Of a stretch of DNA of 64,000 nucleotides, positions 15,401-27,400 are shown one piece after another (the stretch's first letter is position 1; each line of letters opens with the position of its first letter). The notes beneath the pieces were generated by a model that searched no databases, was not told where the DNA came from, and saw only the letters and a list, made by a program, of their open reading frames with translations. The DNA comes from Macrostomum lignano (lineage: Eukaryota), in assembly GCA_002269645.1 (NCBI GenBank), contig NIVC01001698.1, forward strand, positions 62,001-126,000, in the 5' to 3' direction. The translations under genes and the position numbers were made by a program.

Positions 15401-18400
15401 TTGGGTGCAAGTCAATGTTACTGATCAGGCTCAGCCTGAGCTGCACAATTTACATTCCCCTCATAAAGTGACTCACCATGTTGATGATCATGACCACCTT
15501 GGGCCCCAGAGTCTGGCTCGGGTAGTAGAACTGCATGAACCGGATGAAGCACAGCGCCAGGGTCAACGCGTACGCATTGCGCACCCAGTCGAAGTTCTGA
15601 CAAGCCACAGTGAGGCGCAGCACGAGGCACAGCACGAACAGCGCAGAGATCACCATGTCGAACTTGTCCCAGTAGGACAGCTCGCCAACCTTCTTCACGA
15701 GCGGCTGCTGCTTGGAGAAGAACTGGCGGAACTCCTCCAGCACGTAGGTGAACGCCCACAGGAACATGTAGATTTCGATGCCGTGCGGCTGCGGGAAGCT
15801 GATGAAGGGCTCCACGTCACTCGGCGGGCTAATCGAGTAGGTCGAGTTTATTTTGCAACTCCGCTGAACGGGGTGCAGCTGCACCAGCACGATGTAGGAG
15901 TAGAAGATCAGGAAGGAGACGGTGCTGATCACGTTGAGGATGAATTTGCAGATCGGTGCGCTGTAGAACAACCCCAATGAGATGCAAAACGCCATCCTGC
16001 GGAGGCCGTGGCGCTGGTGGCGCATCTTTCTGAGTCGCATCTCGCGCCTGTTCTGCTTGTTGAAGTCCGAGATTACTTCCTCGACCTGGGATAGAGAGAT
16101 GAGGTAAGAGCTAAAACTAGAGTTAAGCCTACCTGTAGTTCTGATCTGATGGCACAAAGCAGTTGCACTTTGCCAAGACATTTTGTAGCTATTCGCTAGT
16201 TAAAACAGCAGAACTACCAACCAAGAGAGGAGGAAAAATCCCCCCCTGACAATTTCTTTGCTGCGCCGGAACGGAGCAACGCAGGCACACGAAATTTAAG
16301 AACACGGGCCAGCTTTTTGTTGCGCACCTTCTCAAACAACAATCAAGTCGCCAGCCCTCCGGACCGTCGAGATATTTGACGATTCTGCCAGAAGATCGGA
16401 TTTTTCCCATAAGCGCCAGTGTATTCAGTACACCCCTGTGCGCCAATCAGCACTGCGCCTCAGTGCAGCTTTTTCAAGTCTCCAAATTTCATCAGCACAT
16501 CGATCACGTGTGTCTGCATCAGCTCTAACTTTGTTGGTCACTAGCCTTCACTCAGGCGGAGCTTCTGCACCTTCAACAGGTGGCACTAGGTGCCTATGAA
16601 CACTCTGATACGAATTTCTCGAGTTTCGCTGATCAAGCCTGATCTGTTGAAGGTGCTGACGGCGTCCGGGTGATGACGGAATGCTTGAGAGAATAGCTGA
16701 GAATGTCCCACGGTTGAGCTTTGCCCATTGTCAAGGCTTGATCAGCGAAACTCGAGAAATTCGTATCAGAGTGTTCATAGTCACCTAGTGCCACCTGTTG
16801 AAGGTCCAGAAGCTCCGCCTGAGTGAAGGCTAGTGACCAACAAAGTTAGAGCTGATGCAGACACACGTGATCGATGTGCTGATGAAATTTGGAGACTTGA
16901 CAAAGCTGCACTGAGGCGCAGTGCTGATTGGCGCACAGGGGTGTACTGAATACATTTGCGCTTATGGGAAAAATCCGATCTTCTGGCAGAATCGTCGAAT
17001 ATCTCGACGGTCCGGAGGGCTGGCGACTTGATTGTTGTTTGAGAAGGTGCGCAACAAAAAGCTGGCCCGTGTTCTTAAATTTCGTGTGCCTGCGTTGCTC
17101 CGTTCCGGTGTAGCAAAGAAATTGTCTGGGGGGGGGGGAATTTTCCCCCTCTCTTGGTAGTTCGACGGGCGGAAAAATGCCTTGGTATTCCTACTGTTAA
17201 TTACCTGCAGATCCTCCATCGCTTCACGCGCATGAAAGCCGCGCATGTCCACAGCCTCCACTTCCTTCATTACAGATTTCACTTGCCGCTGCGTCTCCGG
17301 CTGGTCACCGGTGGAAATCTCCGGCTCGCCTTTGATCTGGTCGGCTGCGTGCTGGTGAAAGACGAGCACCGGAACGAGGAAGGGCAGGAAGAGGCAGAGG
17401 ATGATGCGCCAGTTGCTGGTGTCGGCCTCCATGCCTGCGGGATTGAAGAAACTTGAGTCAGTCGGCTCGGTGACACTCTCAACTTGGACACATCCTCAAC
17501 GCAGACATAATCAGCTCACTGCCAACTTACCGCCCATCCAGGTCTGTGTGAGCACAGTCTGCACAGGTGTCTGGTACAGCATGTCCATGCACTGGTTTGC
17601 CTCAGCGATAGCCATCACAGTCTGCTGGTTCCAGTAAGGCAGGCTGCGAATGAGCAGCAGTCTGCAGACAGCCCGGTTTTTGCTGCACTCTTCCAGCACG
17701 CCCACAGCCAGCTGTTCAAACCGGTGGGCATCGCGGGTCAGCTGATCTGTGGTCTCCATCTCGCCGCGCTTCGCTGCATCCATGGCCATGTTGTTGAGAA
17801 TGGAGTAGCCAATCAGAGCCGAGCCGATCTGGTCCTTGCCGTGCTTCCAGAACAGGACGGCCAGCTCCACGTTGTGAGTCAGCAGCGACCAGAGGAACAG
17901 GTCCTGCGAGGTGAAGCGGCGCTTGCCGTTCTTGGTGTAGGGCGGGAAAATCGTTTCGCGCAGCAGCGGCCGCGCCAGCGGGGAGGCGCCTTTCATCGGG
18001 TTTTCTTGCAGGTTCTCTGAGAGGAGTTTGCACGGTTTTACAGTATTGGGGTTTTTTATTAGAGGCAGGGGGCTGTGTGCACCCTGGCGCACTTTAAGCG
18101 ACATAGGCACACAACCGGCGAGAGGTATTGCTGCCCATTCCGCCGACTCCCCTGAGCAGGCATACAAGCGCGCGGATACGTACGCAGGCACACACTCACA
18201 CAGGAGTGTACAGTGGCCCTAACTTTATTTTATCGTTAGGCATGTACACTTCACTGCGCCTTGGGGGGTTGGCTCTCAAGGCCGTTAATTGCACGAGCAG
18301 AGCCAAGCCGAGATTGCAATTTAGACCCAAATTAATGTGACTGCACTTGGAATCGAGCCTGGGTCGCTGGCACACCAGAGCCTGCGCTAGACCGCTGGGC

Positions 18401-21400
18401 TACGGCCCCCCTCAGTGTTGGGGTTGGTGTGAGAGAGAGCGCCTGTCTGCCATGCTGAATGCACCTGAAGTGTCTACAGACTGAAGACACTCACCCGGAG
18501 TGTACAAATTGTCCACCGCATGCTCTGTGTACACCTTAATGAGCCAGTTGACGGCCTGCATGATGACCTGTGGGTCCGTCTCCTTGTTGAAGTTGTTCGA
18601 AGCGTCCCACACGTCCTGTGACGTCACGCTGCGAAAGGAGCAGCACTGAAAAAAGAAAGAGTATTTTTTCCCATATTTCACGAGAATTTTTTTACTTTAT
18701 AAGTTTGCTAGCTTAGACATAACCAACAAGAGCTTCGTTGCTGCAAGCTTACGGGAAGTTTGTCGAGTTTGTGCAACAGCCTGTCAGCCTGCTGGCTACC
18801 GGAGCGAAACATCTGCAATGCAAGTAAATACATGTATAGTCCTCTGTACTTCACGGCAGGGAGCTAGCCATAAAACTGGCTGTAACAGACTGGCTGTAAC
18901 ACACTGGCTGTAACACACTGGCTGTAACAATCTGGCTGTAACAAACTGACTGTAACACACTGGCTGTAACAAACTGGCTGTAACACACTGGCTGTAACAC
19001 ACTGGCTGTAACACTGGCTGTAACAAACTGGCTGTAACAATCTGGCTGTAACACACTGGCTGTAACACACTGGCTGTAACAATCTGGCTGTAACACACTG
19101 GCTGTAACACACTGGCTGTAACACACTGGCTGTAACAATTTGGCTGTAACACACTGGCTGTAACAATTTGGCTGTAACACACTGGCTGTTACACACTGGC
19201 TGTAACAATCTGGACTACTCAGCAAGCAACATCCCTGCCACAGCCTCAGTCAGCTACAAGTCAAAGCTCATAAGTTAAGCCATCATTCTTGGCCCACCTT
19301 GGCGTACAGGTCCGACAGAGTCTCCAGAGACAAAAACTTTGACAGGTCGATGCCGTGCTCGAGAAATAACTTCACAAAATCCACCTGCTGCTTGTTGAGC
19401 GCCTCCTTCATCGCGCGCTGCAGATTCATGCCAGTCCACTTGGACTTGCGAGCCTCGGCGAAAATTTCAGCTGCGGCGATGTCCGCCCGCTGCCAGGCCA
19501 TGCACAGCCGAACCTGCGGCAGTTCGAATCGGGGTTCAGGGACTGCTAGGGCGTGGGTCACGTGTGCGTGTTTCAACACCGGAACGAGCCGACTGCAATC
19601 TTAGTCAGCTTGCCGGACCATGCAGTGGATCAGAAATGCAGGCGCATGTCCGGTCCCTTTCGGCGCGAATTTGAATTTCATTTAGTTGAACAAAAGAAAC
19701 CGACATGTGCCGAAATGCCGAGACACCCAGTCCAGATCCCTCACCCTGGACTCCAAGGGGATTAATCAGAAGAAGGGGGCGATGCATGTGGCAGTCAAAC
19801 ACAGAATCTCTCAGGATTTAACCGAATCGAGTATTTTTATGATAAAATTTTGTTGCATACAGGTACTCGTAGCCATAAGCAAGGCCTTGGCTTAAGACTG
19901 ATAGCTTTCTAAAGACCAGGTCAACAACAATATGAAAAATAATGTTGGTAAACATTGTCTACATTTAATTACTTGATTACTTACCTGCTTAATCCAAGAA
20001 AGAAAAAAGCAAAATTTTCACTTCTGAGTTTTTACAATTTTGGCTTGGGCTTATGAAATAAAAGGAAAACAATATGAATATGAAACTTTCACTGCACAAC
20101 TGCATAAAAACAGAGTAACCTGTTGTGCATGCTAAATTAGAGGAATGCCAATCTTCACTGCCCCAGATCAAATGCAATCACTGGTTTTGTGATGAAAAAC
20201 TGTTTTCCTATCTCCACAGTGTATTTTTTTAGAAAACTGGCCTAAAAATTACACTATCTTTGAGTTTTATGTCCTGTAATACTACAGTGATCCTTGGTTG
20301 AGGTAGGGCGAGGGATAGGGCTAAGCTTTTCAGTATGAAGGTGACCGCTTTTTAGCATTGTGAAATTTCGGTTCTTCTTATCTCTCTATTCCTCTGCGAC
20401 CTTCTGATTGGCTCTTCATTCTTAACTCTCTCTCTCTCCTCGTACATCACCCGTGCCTTTCTGTCTGCACTTATCAGATAGTCCACACCCCCAATTTAGT
20501 GTATAAAATTTAGTGTACGTCAGTAGTTTAAATGGACTCACTGCAGGTTCCTTGTTAAATCTGGCCAGCTCTCACCTGAGTCATGGTGCTGTCTTTGTAG
20601 TCTTTGTGCTTGAAAAACGTATACAGAATGGTCTTGGCCATGTCCTCATCCAGCTCAGTATTGTACACTGACAGCATGTGGCAGTCAAACTTTGATTTCG
20701 GGTCTTCCTTGGAGAACTGCATCAGAACCTGTGTGAGGATTCGTTGAGACTCGCAAAGTCAAGCCACTGCCTGATCAGATGATAAATAACCCTCAACACT
20801 CGCACAGTCAAGCCACTGACTGATCAGATGATAAATAACCCCTCAACACTCGCACAGTCAAGCCACTGCCTGATCAGATGATAAATAACCCCTCAACACT
20901 CGCACAGTCAAGCCACTGACTGATCAGATGATAAATAACCCCTCAACACTCGCACAGTCAAGCCACTGACTGATCAGATGATAAATAACCCCTCAACACT
21001 CGCACAGTCAAGCCACTGACTGATCAGATGATAAATAACCCCTCAACACTCGCACAGTCAAGCCACTGCCTGATCAGATGATAAATAACCCCTCAACACT
21101 CGCACAGTCAAGCCACTGACTGATCAGATGATAAATAACCCCTCAACACTCGCACAGTCAAGCCACTGCCTGATCAGATGATAAATAACCCCTCAACACT
21201 CGCATAGTTAAGCCGCTGCCTGATCAGATGATAAATAACCCCTCAACACTCGCATAGTCAAGCCACTGCCTGATCAGATGATAAATAACCCCTCAACACT
21301 CGCACAGTCAGTTCAGCTCACGTGAGTGATTTCCTTTGCTTCAAGTTCGTTGCACTTCCACGTTGGCTGGTAGCGTTCAAGCATATCCTTGATTTTCTTC

Positions 21401-24400
21401 ATCACAAACTCATCGTCGGCTCGCGAGTGGAGATTGCGGATGTTGCGGAAGAAGGCGAGCTCATTAGCTGCCCGGCCGGAGCCCTGCACCGTGATCACCG
21501 GGGTGCCGGCCTCCGCGCTCTTGCCTGCGGGTTCGAGGCGGCAACTCAAATTTAGGAGACTGCGCGCAGTTGACAGCTCGCGCCATTGTGGCGCGTCTTG
21601 TCCAAAGCTCGTTTTTATTTGAGGGGCGCCATTTCATTTTAAGGATGCGCCATCTTATTTTAAGGGGGCGCCATTTCATTCTGAGGATGCGCCATTTCAT
21701 TTTGAGGGGGCGCCATTTCACTTTGAGGATGCGCCATTTCATTTTGAAGGGGCGCCATTTCACTTTGAAGATGCTCCATTTCATTTTGAGGGGGCGCCAT
21801 TTCATTTTGAGGATGCGCCATTTCATTTTGAGGATGCGCCATTTCATTTTGAGGATGCGCCATTTCATTTTGAGGATGCGCCATTTCATTTTGAGGATGC
21901 GCCATTTCAGTTTGAGGATGCGCCATTTCATTTTGAGGATGCGCCATTTCATTTTGAGGATGCGCCATTTCATTTTGAGGATGCGCCATTTCATTTTGAG
22001 GATGCGCCATTTCATTTTGAGGATGCGCAATTTCATTTTGAGGATGCGCCATTTCATTTTGAGGATGCGCAATTTCATTTTGAGGATGCGCCATTTCATT
22101 TTGAGGATGCGCCATTTCATTTTGAGGATGCGCCATTTCATTTTGAGGATGCGCCATTTCATTTTGAGGATGCGCCATTTCATTTTGAGGATGCGCCATT
22201 TCATTTTGAGGATGCGCCATTTCATTTTGAGGATGCGCCATTTCATTTTGAGGATGCGCCATTTCATTTTGAGGAAGGGCTTACCGGCCATCAGCACGGC
22301 CTTCTTTCCGCCCTCGATGACAAGCTGCACCACAGGCGGGTTGAAGGCGTTCTCCTTGTTTTTAACCAGCGACTTCAGCTTGTTGACAATGTACTGCTCA
22401 AAATCCGCCCTGAACTCCATCTCAGTGCCGAAATAGCGCACAGTGCCGTTGTCGCAGAAGATGAAGTGCGTGTGGTTCGGCTCGATAGCGGCCTGGCCGC
22501 GACCCGGATTCTCCGTGCAGTTCGCGTACTCGACAGTGTCGATTTGCTCCGCTTTGCTCTGCGGTGGGCGGGGGGATTTCCCGGGGTTGTGGAGCTATTT
22601 ATAGACTTCTTATTTAACTACTAATGGAAAATTCCGAGCGGCTGCATGCTGCTATTTTTACGAGCCAAAAAGGCTACAAAACCAAAAAGGCCGAAAAGTT
22701 GATATCGATCGCTCACTTCGAAGCCTTTAACAGTAGGGGGAATATCAAACCATTTTCCGCCCGTAGAACTAATCAAAAAGTAAAGACAGGCTGGGCCATA
22801 GACAACACGCAGATTTCCGCCCGAGACACTCGACTGAGAGCCAGCGTAACTCATGAGCAGCGACTTCAGTTCAGTCCAACAAGGATGTCCTGTCCCAGGC
22901 TGGCTTGTCTCTCAGGGGAAATCTGCGGGTTGTCTATGGCCAAACCGGTCTTCATTCTATAGGTTTGCAGTCTTGGATGTCCGTGTTCTACCATAACTGA
23001 GCATGGCAAATGCTATGATAATTTACCACAGGAATTACTCAACTGAACTTTAAAAAAAGAGTTGCAACAAACAAGCAAACATCTGAAAAAATCTGCTAAG
23101 CAGACAACAACAAAATCAAACGAATGCAAAGGTGATAAAATTAAGAGGATTCGGTGGAAGTTTCGGCATTGCGATCAAAAAAGTGCGTGACAAACTTTGC
23201 ATCCGAAGCACTATTGAACACTCGGGATAATTCCATGCTGCAACTTCTGTGCTACCGGGCAGGGAGACTGATGTCTAGAAAAGCAAATTTAATGATTGAA
23301 GAAGCACAACACATTGTGTACTGCTAGTGCCGAAATCATGCAGTGCTCATAATGGCTATTGAGGCTCTCAATTTATCATTCGTATGACTGCTTACTGTGC
23401 ATGAGTAGTATCTCGCGGTCTAAAAGCATGAGATTGTGGTCGAATGAGTCTGGCAATGGTAGATTGTGTCCATGGTGTTGGAGTTAAACCATAGACACTG
23501 CGAGCTACCTAATATTTACCATAAAAATGATTCATTCATTATCGTGACCATAATTAAGTGACCATTTTATTCATACGGCCTATTGTCTGAATAGAATTTC
23601 TTTTATGTCAATCCTATGGCACTGAATTTCATAGAACTTCATAGAAGTTCATAAAACTCAAAAGAATATCATAGGATTTCATACAATCGGACTCCTTATG
23701 TGAATACATTCGAATGTATGTTGCGATACATCCGTGTTTCTATGGCAACTATTAAATATGAGAAGAAATATGGCGTGTATGAATTTGTTTGGCCTGACTG
23801 GAAAGATGAATGCCATACTGTAGTGCTGATGGCGGCCAGAGTTTTTCCAACCTGCGCTGACGAAAGTGGATCATAAACTCTCTGAACAACTCCTATCCCT
23901 AACAAAGTGGTGCTCACATTCGTGCTGTCGATCTCCAGGCACTCCCGGTTATACACGGCACCCCAGGAGCAGAGGCCGATCACCCAGATCTGCTGTGCGC
24001 CGCCAGCAAAGTTGTACTCCTGGATGGCCTGGCCTACCAGTTGGCTGCAGCCCAGGTTGAAGCCGGGAGTCAGGATCCACGTGGCTGTGCGTGGGCGCAA
24101 GGGAACTCATGTATTCGTGAACAGAATCCACGTGGCTGTGCGTGGGCGCAAGGGAACTCATGTATTCGTGAACAGAATCCACGTGGCTGTGCGTGAGCGC
24201 AAGGGAACTCATGTATTCGTGAACAGGATCCACGTGGCTGTGCGTGGGCGCAAGGGAACTCATGTATTCGTGAACAGGATCCACGTGGCTGTGCGTGGGC
24301 GCAAGGGAACTCATGTATTCGTGAAGTCCTTGGCTTTACACCCACATGGGGTGCACAGCGGCTCTGATTTTCTCTTTGCGTATGTAAGGCCCTATGGGCG

Positions 24401-27400
24401 TGAGTTGCTACTCAGTTGACCAAAGTACTTAATATGACTTTAACTGCTCATGACGGTTGTAACTCACTCTTCACTCCGCTGGCCACATTGGTGAGTCCCT
24501 GTTTGACTTTTTTCAGCAACTTTGCCGACATTTTCTCCATCTTCTTGGCGCCCCCGTTGACGGACAGCACGAGATCGGGCAGCGGCAGGGCCCAGTACAT
24601 CGGGCTCGTCATCAGCTCCCAGAGCGCCTCGAAGTCTCGCGTTTCCGAGTCGATTCGAATGTACTGCCGATATGTATCGAAATTACTCATCAGTAAGCTG
24701 TAGGACACCACAGACACACCCACAAAGACACCACAGTCACACCCACAATGATACCACAGACACCCACAAAGACACCACAGTCACACCCACAATGATATCA
24801 CAGACACACCCACAAAGACACCACAGTCACACCCACAATGATATCACAGACACACCCACAATGATACGACAGGCACACCCACAAAGACACCACAGGCACA
24901 CTCACAAAGACACCACAGGCACACCCACAATGACACCACAGGCACACTCACAAAGACACCACAGGCACACCCACAATGACACCACAGGCACACCCACAAA
25001 GACACCACAGGCACACCCACAATGACACCACAGGCACACCCACAAAGACACCACAGGTACACCCACAATGACACCACAGGCACACCCACAAAGACACCAC
25101 AGGTACACCCACAATGACACCACAGACACACCCACAAAGACACCACAGGCACACCCACAATGACACCACAGGCACACCCACAAAGACACCACAGGCACAC
25201 CCACAAAGACACCACAGGCACATCCACAAAGACACCACAGGCACACCCACAATGACACCACAGGCACACCCACAAAGACACCACAGGCACACCCACAATG
25301 ACACCACAGGCACACCCACAAAGACACCACTTCACACACCCACCACTCGAAAGGAAACTACAGATGTAAAGAGATAATTAAGAAAAGAATAAAAGCTACG
25401 CTAATGCCGTCCCCTCACTGCTCAGCTCAACTCACAAACGGTTTGTGCGTCACTCCCAGCCTGCCGAATCCCTGCAGCTTCATCCGGCCAAAGGAGTTGG
25501 TCGGCAGCACCCGGGCGCAGGTCTCGGTGCGCCACTTCACCTTAGCCTGCTGCTCCGACTGCTGCACCGGGATGCCCTGCTCCCGGTGCCACTGGGGCGG
25601 CCGGTTGCAGTGGCAAATTGTCTCGCTGTGTTTTTGGGTTTTGAAAGGAGGAGGCAGTCTTAGCCACTCAAAATTCGATCTCGAGTTCAACTTCACTTGT
25701 TGGTGCTGGTGTTAGTCATCAATTGCAAGACTGATCACAGATTCACAGCAGCGGGCATCTGACCGCACACCTTTTCAAAATCAGATTAGCGAGCTAAGAT
25801 AACTACACAATTAAAGCCATGAACTCTTCGGTCGCTGCTATAGGCTTAAATGCTCCATTATTCTCTGTCGCTCAAAAAAGAAGCGAAACACAGGTTAAGC
25901 AGCCAGTCAGTGCACACACGAGGACCACTAGTAGGTACAACGGCAACTTCTAGTGGTCCTTGTACACACAATACTATTACGTATTTCTACATGTACGGAT
26001 AAGAGATAGCTTAATATTCTCAGGAGGGCTTTCGGGCCACCCTGACGCAACGCTTTCGAATTTGGAAAGGCAAAACCAACTGATGATGAGTAGTGACTAT
26101 AGGAATGTGTCCTGAGTTCGAATCTCACTTTTGGACGCAGACTGGACACACACGCACACACACGCACACACCTCGACCTCTGTTTCTATGACGTACCGCA
26201 ATTCTTAACTCAAGTATGTCTCTTCCCCTAGCTTTCCCAGAGTATACAGCAGCAGCTTTCTGTGTTGCTGTGCCGCCTCTCCGCTATTTAGCGGGCGGGG
26301 GTGCGGCTGAGTTCCCACGAGCACCAACTCGCAGCTCAATCTGCTGCAGATTGCTTTATTTACACAAGTCCCGTTGCAAAAAACGACCGCTCTAGCAGTA
26401 TTGTTAGCACGAAAATTTTGAGCTGGCTCCATGAAATATGACAGCAAAATCCACCCATGTTGTCCATGGGTGGACATACTGCTAGAGCCACACTAAACTG
26501 TCTCTGACCTTTCGACTCAAGCAATCGATTGATGGCGTACATGTGCGCTAGTGAAACTGATAGTAAATTTTGTACGTTTAATTGGTTATTGTAAATTGCG
26601 ACCGTTGGGCAGTTGTCACTGCAGGAAGTTGTCACTGCAGGAAATTGTCGTGGAACCAGCCATATCGCTAGCCTAAGATTCCCGAATACTCAAACGAAGG
26701 GTTAAGAAAAAAATCGTTTCGCGATTATTAAGCAACAGTTAATTTATTGGTTTTTTAAAAAGCGCCGCTCACCAGCCTGGAGGAGTCCTGAAAATCAGAG
26801 GTGCGAATCTAAAATGCGCGACTGTGTAGGCGGAGTCTGTCTACAGTGCATGAAAATCAGAGGTGTGATTCAGAACTGCGTGACTGTGCAGTCTACAGTG
26901 CAAGCAAACTCGTGCATTGTGACAAACGCTGTAAAATCACGAAGCCAGAGATGTACAGTTCAAGACAGAAGACAGAATATTCATGCCAGGATCCACGGAA
27001 TGAGAAATGAGATAAAGTTTGAAAAGCAGCGGACTCACTCAGCCGGGTTGGGTATGTACTGCTTGCAGAGCCGCATGCTGATGTTCTGCTTGGCAAAGTC
27101 GTGCAGCGTCTGTTGCGTCTGCTGGAGCTGCGGCTCGCCCTGCAGTGAAAGGTCGTCATCGTCCAGTTCGTCAATGTGCGCCAGGGACATTCACGAGAGT
27201 GAACTGGGGAGTGAACTGGGGAGTGAACTGGGTCTGTATTTCACGGGGTTCAAAATAGAAAGCAAAAAGCGAGGCGAAAAGTGGATCTTATCGACGCAAA
27301 ACCGGGGGGGGGGGTAAAGGGAAGGGCGAGGGCTTTGCAAAACTGCATTTTCCTCACTCTTCCCCTACCGTGTTCGTTCGCACCCATCCCTCTGACCCGT

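Noticed and set aside
27140-27190. ATG at 27190 in frame with TRPM exon 3 (MSLAHIDELDDDLSLQ)
   Set aside because: Two upstream exons splice in phase to the AG at 27141-27140, so it was not used as the main start. An alternative promoter cannot be excluded.
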